Shown here piece by piece: positions 9,411-17,040 of a stretch of 64,000 nucleotides of DNA. Source of the DNA: Spirochaetota bacterium (lineage in GTDB: Bacteria > Spirochaetota > UBA4802 > UBA5550); NCBI GenBank assembly GCA_016929135.1, contig JAFGJK010000065.1, positions 71,970 to 135,969 on the forward strand. The letters are read 5' to 3'. A program made the position numbers and the translations under genes. Each line of letters opens with the position of its first letter. Position 1 is the first letter of the stretch. Below the pieces are notes generated by a model. The model saw only the letters and a program-made list of their open reading frames with translations. It did not search any database and was not told the DNA's origin.

Positions 9411-9482
9411 CCCCATCGTCCGACGTAATCCGGCCGGATCCCCGCCGTCCGGGGGATGTCCAACCTCAGGAAAGGCTGAATT

Positions 9483-9520
9483 ATTGACTATATTATTCAA
9501 AAGATATAATATATGTCAAT
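9483..9520. promoter_or_regulatory. imperfect inverted repeat overlapping a promoter-like element (candidate TetR operator)
   Basis: ATTGACTATATT ... AATATATGTCAAT (arms 12/13 nt). On the minus strand: TTGACA (9519-9514), 18-nt spacer, TAATAT (9495-9490), pointing at tetR. A third TGTCAAT copy lies at 9534-9540. Confidence 0.5.
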
Positions 9521-9559
9521 CGGCGGACGGACCTGTCAATACAATAATCCGGCCCTCCG

Positions 9560-9584
9560 CTGAATATTGGAGTTGAATATTCAG
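9560..9584. promoter_or_regulatory. perfect 9-bp inverted repeat (operator or hairpin)
   Basis: CTGAATATT-ggagttg-AATATTCAG, in the divergent region between tetR and the aminopeptidase gene. Confidence 0.45.
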
Positions 9585-9818
9585 TCTTGATGTTCAGTGG
9601 CAAGCATTTGTTGTGCGGCACTGTCCCAGCGGCACCTGCATCCGGTGTCCGACCGGCAGGACGCTGTCTCGCGGGATAAAAAATGTCAGGCATTCGGGAA
9701 ATTCAGGTGGACAGGGGCGGTGGGTAGTGATACATAACCTCTTTACGGGAAAAGGCGTGCCCCCCGCGGCGCGGACTGACCCTGCACTCACAATCCCGAT
9801 CGAAAACAGGAGGAGCCC

Positions 9819-11018
9819 ATGCTCACCAAAGTGCAGCTGGAACGCTACGCCGATGTGCTGATTTGGGGGCTGGAAACAGCGAGGACGAAAAAGTACAGGC
9901 CCTACGATGTCATCCTTCTCCGGTACGAACTGCCGGCACTGGCGCTCGCCGAGGTGCTGCACCGCAAACTGCTGGACCGGAGATGGCACGTGATCGTCCG
10001 CGGCCTCCTCAGTCCGGGCATGGAACGGGATTTCTTCATGCACACCGATTCGAGGCAGAGGAAATACACAGGCCGCTGGGAGGAGGCATTCATGAAAAGC
10101 CTCAACGGCAACATCTTCCTCACGGCCCCGGAATCGCTGACCCACCTGAAGGACGTGGACCCGAAGAGGATCAATGAGCTCGCCCTGGCGAGAAAGCCGA
10201 TGCGGAAGATCATGGAACGCCGTGAGGAGCAGGGGCACTTCGGCTGGACCCTCTGTACCTATCCCACCGAGGAGCCGGCGCTCCGGGCGCGGCTCACCCT
10301 GGAGGAGTACGCGGTTCAGATCGTCAAGGCGTGCTTTCTCAACACGGCGGACCCTGTTGCGAAGTGGGAGGAGATCCACGGGAGCGCCGGTGAGATCAAG
10401 AGGTGGCTGAATGCGATGCCGGTGGAGACCCTCAGGGTGGAATCGAGATCGTGCGATCTCTCCATCAGGCTCGGGAACCGCCGGCGCTTCATCGGAATCT
10501 CGGGTCACAACATCCCCTCCTTCGAGATTTTCACCTCCCCCGACTGCCGAGGGACCACGGGGAGATATCACGCGAACCTCCCCTCATATCGGAGCGGGAA
10601 CTATATCGAGGGGATAACCCTGGAGTTTCGGAAGGGGAACGTGGTGGAGTCCCATGCCCGGAAGGGGGAGGATTTCCTGAAAAAGATGCTCGCCATGGAC
10701 ACCGGGGCCAGGAGGCTCGGCGAGTTTTCCCTGACCGACAGGCGCTTTTCCCGCATCAACTCCTTCATGGCGGACACGCTTTTCGACGAGAACTTCGGTG
10801 GCGACCACGGCAACTGCCACATAGCCGTCGGATCGTCTTACTCGGATACCTTCGCCGGAAATCCCGCGTCTCTGACCCCCCAGGTGAAGCGCTCCCTGGG
10901 CTACAACGACTCGGCGCTCCACTGGGATATGGTGAATACCGAGGACAAGATTGTCACCGCCGCCCTGAGGGGGGGGAAGTCGCTGGTGATCTACGAAAAG
11001 GGGATGTTCCGGTACTGA
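9819..11018 (+). CDS. aminopeptidase, M29 (AmpS/PepS/aminopeptidase T) family
   Basis: 399 aa. GGAGGAG RBS. The C-terminal region FDENFGGDHGNCHIAVGSSY...ALHWDMV is typical of thermophilic-metalloprotease M29 enzymes. Confidence 0.88.
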   Translation: MLTKVQLERYADVLIWGLETARTKKYRPYDVILLRYELPALALAEVLHRKLLDRRWHVIVRGLLSPGMERDFFMHTDSRQRKYTGRWEEAFMKSLNGNIFLTAPESLTHLKDVDPKRINELALARKPMRKIMERREEQGHFGWTLCTYPTEEPALRARLTLEEYAVQIVKACFLNTADPVAKWEEIHGSAGEIKRWLNAMPVETLRVESRSCDLSIRLGNRRRFIGISGHNIPSFEIFTSPDCRGTTGRYHANLPSYRSGNYIEGITLEFRKGNVVESHARKGEDFLKKMLAMDTGARRLGEFSLTDRRFSRINSFMADTLFDENFGGDHGNCHIAVGSSYSDTFAGNPASLTPQVKRSLGYNDSALHWDMVNTEDKIVTAALRGGKSLVIYEKGMFRY

Positions 11019-11687
11019 TCAGCGGCCTGTGAGGAGGCCCGTTCTGAACAGGAATCCTACGGAGCCGCGGTAGTCGTAAAGGTTGGCGATGGTTCCCCTG
11101 CGCTTGATGAAGAGGTCAGTGAGGTAGTAGGAGGCGGTTCCGCCGACGACGAAATCGCTGTACTGTGTCAAGGGGAACCTGAACATGACGCCCCCGGTGA
11201 GCCCGAAGTTGCTGCCGTTGATATAGGGGAGGAGATTCGCGGTGTACCTCCACTCCGTGCTCTTCATGTGTCCCCGGGATGTCAGGGTCTGGGCGAAGAT
11301 GATGCCGGAGAGGAACTGCACGCTGCAAAAGCTCGTGTGGACCGCAGCGACCAGGCATAGGGGGATCTCCAGGGTGGTGGAGTACGTCCTTGTGTACGAT
11401 GGGTTGGTCGCGATGAGATCCCTGAACGACAACTCGCGGTAGGTGAAGTTGACGCCGCTGTGGATCCCCAGGAGTCCGGTGAACATGTATTCGACGATGA
11501 GCCCGCCGCCGTAGAACGGCTTCGCCTCCCATGCGCCGCTGCCGTGGCGCTGGTTCACATCGTTCATCCCGGCCTGGAGTGTGAAGCCGATGGAGGCGCC
11601 GGGAGTGTCGGACTCCCGCGCCATCAGAGGGGAGACGAGAAGGACCGACGCCAGTACAAGTATGAGCGCAAGCCCCGTGCGTTTCAT
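11019..11687 (-). CDS. outer-membrane beta-barrel protein (porin-family-like)
   Basis: Signal peptide MKRTGLALILVLASVLLVSPLMA. Alternating aromatic/Gly-rich beta-strand pattern through to the C-terminus. Confidence 0.7.
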   Translation of the reverse strand: MKRTGLALILVLASVLLVSPLMARESDTPGASIGFTLQAGMNDVNQRHGSGAWEAKPFYGGGLIVEYMFTGLLGIHSGVNFTYRELSFRDLIATNPSYTRTYSTTLEIPLCLVAAVHTSFCSVQFLSGIIFAQTLTSRGHMKSTEWRYTANLLPYINGSNFGLTGGVMFRFPLTQYSDFVVGGTASYYLTDLFIKRRGTIANLYDYRGSVGFLFRTGLLTGR

Positions 11688-11689
11688 GC

Positions 11690-12046
11690 TCAGTCTTTTT
11701 CTTCCATGATGCAGGTCCCGTTGAAGAGGGATCCCGGCTCGATGTGCAGGTCCGGCGTGATGATGTCGGCGTTGATCCTGCTTTTCTTGAACAGCTCTAT
11801 TTTCTGTTTTGCTTTGATCTTGCCGTTCAGACTGCCGCTCACCGATACCTCGTTCGCCTCGATGTCGGCGCTCACCGTGGCCTCTCGCCCGATGATCAGG
11901 CTTCCGTCTGTTTCGATCTTACCTTCGAAGAGCCCCTTTATCTTCAGCGAGTTCTTGAAGCGCAGCGTGCCCCGGAACGTAATATCGTCGGCGATCACCG
12001 TGTCGATCTTGTTTTCATCCTCGACTATTTCTTTAATATCCGCCAT
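11690..12046 (-). CDS. bactofilin (polymer-forming cytoskeletal protein)
   Basis: Start at the ATG at 12046 (MADIKEIV) with a GGAGA RBS. Beta-helical bactofilin repeat pattern: GTLRFKNSLKIKGLFEGKIETDGSLIIG...VSGSLNGKIKA...IEPGSLFNGTCIM. Confidence 0.85.
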   Translation of the reverse strand: MADIKEIVEDENKIDTVIADDITFRGTLRFKNSLKIKGLFEGKIETDGSLIIGREATVSADIEANEVSVSGSLNGKIKAKQKIELFKKSRINADIITPDLHIEPGSLFNGTCIMEEKD

Positions 12047-12169
12047 TTCCAGTCTCCGTGAGATGTATACGCCGGTTAGTATAGTGAGTGTGCCGGAATA
12101 TGTCAAACAAATTTGGCGGCCCTATTTAAAATGCTTGCTAACGGCAATGCTCCGGTGTAGCACTTGACC

Positions 12170-12514
12170 ATGGAAGAGCGCGGGGTTGATGCAATTCTTG
12201 AAATGGCCAACCGGCTGGGGCTGATGATCCGGGAGACAGAGGTCTACGGTGAATACCGGCGGTGCGCAGAGGCGCTGGAGTCCGATCCCGAGGCATCGGC
12301 CCTCCTGGCTCGCTACGAGGAGGCGCTCGGCGAGATCGAGCGGAAGCGGGGGGCGGCGGATATTGTCGAGCGCTACGAGCTCGAGGCGGCTCGGGATATG
12401 TCCGGGGAGATCAAAGACAGCCCGCTGATCATGGAGTACCTCGATGCCAAGCGTGACTACATCCGTTTCCTTGAGGAGATCCAGGAGGCGCTCGTTGAAC
12501 CTGATGAGCCGTGA
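12170..12514 (+). CDS. YlbF/YmcA-like (DUF964-type) helical protein
   Basis: ANRLGLMIRETEVYGEYRRCAEALESDPEASALLARY resembles the YlbF N-terminal helix pattern (AEMILQSETAENYRNCYKRLQEDEEA). ATG at 12170, two codons after the TTG of the ORF track. Confidence 0.65.
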   Translation: MEERGVDAILEMANRLGLMIRETEVYGEYRRCAEALESDPEASALLARYEEALGEIERKRGAADIVERYELEAARDMSGEIKDSPLIMEYLDAKRDYIRFLEEIQEALVEPDEP

Positions 12515-12654
12515 GATCCGCGGACCGCTCGAGCCATCATGCCATCCCGACCGCCCCGGGTTGGCGCCACTATTACGGTGATATCGAAACGATAGGGGAC
12601 CGTTTCGCCAGGGATGCCCGGGGCGTTGCTGACCCATAAAATTATTATTATCTC

Positions 12655-12683
12655 TTGACGGATTTATGGAAATATGCTATTAT
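12655..12683 (+). promoter_or_regulatory. near-consensus sigma70-type promoter of the 12716-18567 operon
   Basis: TTGACG (12655-12660), 17-nt spacer, TATTAT (12678-12683). 32 nt upstream of the ATG at 12716, within a short AT-rich patch. Confidence 0.65.
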
Positions 12684-12715
12684 CTTTTCAATAAAATCAA
12701 CAAAAGAGTAAGCCT

Positions 12716-13243
12716 ATGCAACCAGATCTTGACAAGTTGAAAAACAGGGTCCAGCAGAACAGGGACCTGGTGGCCCGCATCACGACCCATGTGCCGGGAT
12801 TCACCGGGTATGTGGAAAAGGCGGAACTCTACGACACCGACGCCATCGTCAGGGGATTTCTCGCCGACAGGATACAGGAGATGAAGGGGGAGATATCCTC
12901 TCTTTCGGCTGAGCTGGTACGGCGGGGAGAGCACGGCGCGGTCTCGGAGATGGAAACGCTCAACGTCGCCCTGGAGCGATTGTTCAAGAAATGCCGCCAC
13001 ACGGATTTCGGGAAGCCGGCGGAGCTGTCGCACGTCGCCATAGGCGACGAGGAGACGAACAGGCTCCTGGAGTACGACTGGAGGCTCATCTCGACGCTGG
13101 ATGAGATACTCCCGGCGGTGCGCGGTCTCGCCTCGGCTGATCCGGGCGCCCTGGGGGGTGCGATTCGGGACGTCGCCGCCAAGTTGAAAGAATTCGAGAA
13201 ATCCTTCGATGAGAGGAAAAACGTGATCCTGGAGGTTATATAG
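12716..13243 (+). CDS. hypothetical all-helical/coiled-coil-like protein (first gene of operon)
   Basis: 175 aa, charged and Leu/Glu/Arg-rich with heptad-like stretches (DRIQEMKGEISSLSAELVRRGE, AAKLKEFEKSFDERKNV). No family recognised by eye. The stop codon abuts the next ATG. Confidence 0.7.
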   Translation: MQPDLDKLKNRVQQNRDLVARITTHVPGFTGYVEKAELYDTDAIVRGFLADRIQEMKGEISSLSAELVRRGEHGAVSEMETLNVALERLFKKCRHTDFGKPAELSHVAIGDEETNRLLEYDWRLISTLDEILPAVRGLASADPGALGGAIRDVAAKLKEFEKSFDERKNVILEVI

Positions 13244-14374
13244 ATGGCACTGATAGATGTTGTCGACTGGAAGAACAAGCAGGGGGAGATCATCTACCGA
13301 TTCCCGGAGGGGGCGGTGTCCATGGGGGGGCAGCTCATCGTCATGGAACACCAGGAGGCGATCCTCTTCAAGGAGGGGCGTGCACTGGACGGCTTCGGCC
13401 CGGGCAGGCACACGCTGAAGACTGGGAACATCCCGATCCTCGAGAAGCTGGTAAACCTCCCATTCGGGGGGAAGACCCCGTTTCCGGCCGAGATCTATTT
13501 CATCAATAAAACCGAGATACCGAACTTGAAGTGGGGGACCAAGCAGCCGATACAGCTCCTGGATCCCACCTATAATATCGCGATACCCATCAGGGCCTTC
13601 GGCGCCTACTCGATCCGCATCAAAGACACCAAGTCGTTCCTCACCATGGCCATCGGCACATGGCAGGCCTTCACCACCGATGCCGTGGGCACGGCGCTGC
13701 GGGATCAGATCATCCTCCCCAAGCTCCAGGACCTCATCGCCGAGTTCATGCTGAAGCAGAACGTCACCATCCTGAAGCTCGCCGCCTACTACGACGAGAT
13801 CGGCACCTCCGGGAAGGCCAAGATCGCCGACGATTTCACCACCTTCGGCATCGAGCTGGTGCGCTTCGCGGTGGAATCCATCAACATTCCGGAAGAGGAC
13901 GAGTCGGTGAAGCGCCTGAAGAAGGCCCTGGCGGACAAGGCGGAGATCAACATCATGGGCGGCGACGATTACAGGATGCGCCGCACCTTCGACACCATGG
14001 AGAAGGCCGCCTCGAGCGAGGGGGGCGCCGGCAACATGATGGGGGCCGGTATGGGCTTCGCCATGGGCGGGCAGATGGGCCAGATGATGGGACAGCAGAT
14101 GGGCAGCGCCCAGGGCGGGCAGCAGGCCGGCGGCCAGGTGGCCTGCCCTCACTGCAACGCCATGAACCCGGCGAACGCGAAATTCTGCTCCTCCTGCGGC
14201 AAGGAGATGGTGGTGCAGAAGGAGTGCCCGGCCTGTAAGGCCAAGATGCCGGCGGACGCGAAGTTCTGCCCGTCCTGCGGCGCCAACATGCAGGGGGGGA
14301 AGTGCTCGAAGTGCGGTGCCGCGCTGGCGGCCGGCGCCAAGTTCTGCCCCGAATGCGGAGAGAAACAGGCATAA
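13244..14374 (+). CDS. SPFH/Band-7-like protein with Gly/Met-rich linker and three C-terminal zinc ribbons (B. subtilis YdjI-like)
   Basis: The N-terminus (VDWKNKQGEIIYRFPEG...FKEGRALDGFGPGRHTL...WGTKQPIQL) is colinear with YdjI as I recall it. Then GM-rich GAGNMMGAGMGFAMGGQMGQMMGQQMG, then three CxxC-x10-12-FCxxCG units (14144-14361). Confidence 0.85.
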   Translation: MALIDVVDWKNKQGEIIYRFPEGAVSMGGQLIVMEHQEAILFKEGRALDGFGPGRHTLKTGNIPILEKLVNLPFGGKTPFPAEIYFINKTEIPNLKWGTKQPIQLLDPTYNIAIPIRAFGAYSIRIKDTKSFLTMAIGTWQAFTTDAVGTALRDQIILPKLQDLIAEFMLKQNVTILKLAAYYDEIGTSGKAKIADDFTTFGIELVRFAVESINIPEEDESVKRLKKALADKAEINIMGGDDYRMRRTFDTMEKAASSEGGAGNMMGAGMGFAMGGQMGQMMGQQMGSAQGGQQAGGQVACPHCNAMNPANAKFCSSCGKEMVVQKECPACKAKMPADAKFCPSCGANMQGGKCSKCGAALAAGAKFCPECGEKQA

Positions 14375-14377
14375 CGG

Positions 14378-14980
14378 ATGCCGTCGCTCCAGTGCACATC
14401 CTGCGGCGCACCGGTGGAGATCAAAAACCGGTTCAGCAAGGTCTTTGTCTGCGGCTACTGCGGTACCCACCTGAGGGTCACCGATGAGGGACTCGATATC
14501 ACCGGCAAGCACCCGAAGCTCGCCGAGTTCCCGTCGATCCTCTCCGTCGGGTGCCGGGGGACAATCCTGGGGAAGCCCTTCACGGCCCTGGGAAGAATGC
14601 GGTACGACTATGGCGGCGGCCATTTCGACGAGTGGTTCCTGGAATACGACGGGGAGACGGCGTGGCTTTCCGAGGACGAGGGGACCTTCGCCCTCTATAC
14701 CGAAATGGAGGAGGCGGAGGAATTCCCCGACGTGACATCGGTGCGGGCCGGTCAGACCGTCGCCGTGGACGGCAGGAGGGTGATGATCAAGGAGAAGGGG
14801 AGGGCCAGGATTGCCGGCGGGGAGGGGGAGCTCTCCTTCTATATGGAACCCGGCACCGAGGTGGTATATATCGACGGCATCTCCGAGGGGAAAAAGATCT
14901 CCATAGAATGCACCGAGGAGGAGATCGAGCTCTTCACGGGAAGGGTGCTGCTGAAACGGGACATTGTCGTGGAGGGATAA
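14378..14980 (+). CDS. zinc-ribbon + DUF4178-like domain protein
   Basis: N-terminal CTSCGAPV...CGYCG zinc ribbon. The domain GKPFTALGRMRYDYGGGHFDEWFLEYDGETAWLSEDEG matches my recollection of DUF4178 and is paralogous to the next gene. Confidence 0.8.
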   Translation: MPSLQCTSCGAPVEIKNRFSKVFVCGYCGTHLRVTDEGLDITGKHPKLAEFPSILSVGCRGTILGKPFTALGRMRYDYGGGHFDEWFLEYDGETAWLSEDEGTFALYTEMEEAEEFPDVTSVRAGQTVAVDGRRVMIKEKGRARIAGGEGELSFYMEPGTEVVYIDGISEGKKISIECTEEEIELFTGRVLLKRDIVVEG

Positions 14981-16382
14981 TCACGTGCCCCAGGAGTCGG
15001 GTCAGATAAAACCGCAGAAATGCGGCGGCTGCGGGGCCGATCTCGTGAAGAGTTACCGTTCCCACTATGACGCCGAGGAGGAGGAGACCGTCACGATCCC
15101 GGTGGCGAAGTGCGTCTCCTGCGGCAGGGAATACGACCAGCATACCGAAGAGTACTACAGGGTCTTCGCCGACAGCTTCATTCAGGACAAGGATAACTCG
15201 GCATTCAAGCTCGGGCTCAAGGGGAGCATCAGCGGCGTCGGGTACGAGATCATCGGGCGCCTACGCTACCAGGACGAGGACGAGTACGAACGCGCCGTAT
15301 GGGACGAATGGGTGGCAGTTTCCGACGAGGGGAGCTACCACTACTTCGTGGAGGAGGAGGGGGAGGTCTATTCCTACGAGGAATACGTGCCCTCCTCCAT
15401 AGACCTTGAAGCAGGACCCGACAGCTTCGAGTTCGAGGGACGGACAATATCAAAGCGGAACGCCTATACCGGCCGCATCGTCTTCGCCGAGGGCGAGCTC
15501 CCCTGGAGGCCGGCGATCGGGGAGCCGGTGCGATGCTACGACTTCAAGAAGGACGGCGTTCATTTCACCATCGAGCATTCGGAGGACGAGGTCTCCATCA
15601 CCAGGGGCGAGAAGATAGAGTACGACACGGTGATCGGCGCCTTCGGCGGCGAGTCCGAAAAGGACAAGTACGCCCGCACCATGGGCAGGCGGAAGAGCTA
15701 TAAGAGGAGGGCGGCCCTGTACCTCGCCGCGTCGGTCCTCTCCCTGGCGGCAGCGGTGATGAACTGCGTCACCGGCGACGAGGTGCCGGGCGTGCTGACC
15801 GCCTCGCAGATCCTCTCGTCAAACCAGTACCAGTCCGAAGGGGGGAGCGCCAGCTACTTCAGCCAGGTGCTCTACGGGCCCTTCAGGATCGAACAGGGCG
15901 ACAGTCTGTACGATGTCACCGTCTTCGCCGATACCTCGGCGGAGCCGCTCCGGCTCGGATGGGAGTCCTTCAGGCTCATGCTGGTGAAGGAGGAGCGGCT
16001 TGCCCGGGTGACCGGCGCGGGGTCGGACCCCGCATCACTCAGGGCGCTTTTCAGTGACATCGACTCCTTCGGGGAGCCGGTGGAATCCTACGCGGTGACC
16101 GGGGACTTCTGGGATGAGGAGGGGCGCGACGACGAGGGATACTGGCACGAGAACGACCTCTCCGCATCCTCCTCCTTCGTGCTTGACGAGCCGGGGAACT
16201 ATTATGCATACCTGGAGCTGTACAACAACCAGCCCAGGAACCCGGCATCGGTGAGGTTCAGGATCGAGCGCACCAGCAGCTACCGCTACTACCTGGTGCT
16301 GGTGGCCGTATTTCTGGTGCTGATGTTCGTGAACAGGAGCAAGGCCAGGAGCTACAACGAGCTCCCCTTCATGATGGCCTGA
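14964..16382 (+). CDS. zinc-ribbon + DUF4178-like domain membrane protein
   Basis: CGGCGADL...CVSCG ribbon. GVGYEIIGRLRYQDEDEYERAVWDEWVAVSDEGSYHYF domain. TM helices AALYLAASVLSLAAAVMNC and YYLVLVAVFLVLMFV. An alternative GTG start at 14985 has a GGAGGG RBS. Confidence 0.8.
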   Translation: MSWRDNHVPQESGQIKPQKCGGCGADLVKSYRSHYDAEEEETVTIPVAKCVSCGREYDQHTEEYYRVFADSFIQDKDNSAFKLGLKGSISGVGYEIIGRLRYQDEDEYERAVWDEWVAVSDEGSYHYFVEEEGEVYSYEEYVPSSIDLEAGPDSFEFEGRTISKRNAYTGRIVFAEGELPWRPAIGEPVRCYDFKKDGVHFTIEHSEDEVSITRGEKIEYDTVIGAFGGESEKDKYARTMGRRKSYKRRAALYLAASVLSLAAAVMNCVTGDEVPGVLTASQILSSNQYQSEGGSASYFSQVLYGPFRIEQGDSLYDVTVFADTSAEPLRLGWESFRLMLVKEERLARVTGAGSDPASLRALFSDIDSFGEPVESYAVTGDFWDEEGRDDEGYWHENDLSASSSFVLDEPGNYYAYLELYNNQPRNPASVRFRIERTSSYRYYLVLVAVFLVLMFVNRSKARSYNELPFMMA

Positions 16383-16407
16383 GTTTTTCTGCGGAGGTGA
16401 CGGTGCA

Positions 16408-16602
16408 ATGATTCGAAGCCTACTGGTGGTGCTCCTGCTGGGCGGCGGCGTCTTCGCCCTGTCTCAGTGGCACGTGGGATACCCGCGCGCCGGAATACGG
16501 TACATCACCTCCCAGAAAGAGGAGCGGCGATCCATCAGGCCCGGGAGCCATTACTATTACGGGAGCCACTACGGTACCAGGGGCTTCCGGGGCGGAAAGT
16601 AG
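16408..16602 (+). CDS. small single-TM protein with Tyr/Gly-rich tail
   Basis: 64 aa. GGAGGTGA RBS. TM segment LLVVLLLGGGVFAL. Tail GSHYYYGSHYGTRGFRGGK. Sits inside the operon. Confidence 0.5.
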   Translation: MIRSLLVVLLLGGGVFALSQWHVGYPRAGIRYITSQKEERRSIRPGSHYYYGSHYGTRGFRGGK

Positions 16603-16659
16603 GATCGAGGGGGTGCGGGGCACTTGTCCGCACCCGATACAGCAGGCAAGGAGGATTGT

Positions 16660-17028
16660 ATGAACTGGAACACGGTACTGAGCGGCATCATAGACACCGC
16701 CATCTTTTCCTTCGTGGGCATCGTGATGATGGCGATAGGATTCCTGCTCATCTGCCTCATCTCCCCGTTCTCCATAAAAAAGGAGATCGAGGACGATCAG
16801 AACACTGCGCTGGGGATCATCATCGGCTCGGTGATCCTGGGGATCTCCATAATCATCGCTTCGGTGATAGCATCGCCGTCGACCCCCGCCCAGGAGCCGC
16901 CGCAGGCGGTCCAGGTCGAGCAGCAGGAGGCGCAGCCGGCGCCGGCCCAGGGCAAGGCGACGCAACCGGTAAAGATGAAGGCGCCGCAGCCGGTACAGAC
17001 GAAGACCCCGGCGGCGCCGGCACAGTAG
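16660..17028 (+). CDS. DUF350 (YjfL-like) membrane protein with Pro/Gln/Ala-rich tail
   Basis: ATG at 16660 after a GGAGGA RBS. Two or three TM segments (AIFSFVGIVMMAIGFLLICLI; ALGIIIGSVILGISIIIASVI) with the KKEIEDDQNTA loop typical of DUF350. Confidence 0.78.
   Translation: MNWNTVLSGIIDTAIFSFVGIVMMAIGFLLICLISPFSIKKEIEDDQNTALGIIIGSVILGISIIIASVIASPSTPAQEPPQAVQVEQQEAQPAPAQGKATQPVKMKAPQPVQTKTPAAPAQ
16957..17004 (+). repeat. tandem 24-nt coding repeat (2 copies, 20/24 identical)
   Basis: GCGACGCAACCGGTAAAGATGAAG / GCGCCGCAGCCGGTACAGACGAAG, encoding ATQPVKMK/APQPVQTK in the tail of the DUF350 protein. Confidence 0.8.
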
Positions 17029-17040
17029 CCGCATCGCTCC

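Noticed and set aside
12680-14623. 647-aa ORF on the minus strand.
   Set aside because: It is antisense to four plus-strand genes with clear domain signatures. Its composition (Arg/His/Gly/Leu/Pro-rich, no motifs) is typical of a shadow ORF in GC-rich DNA.
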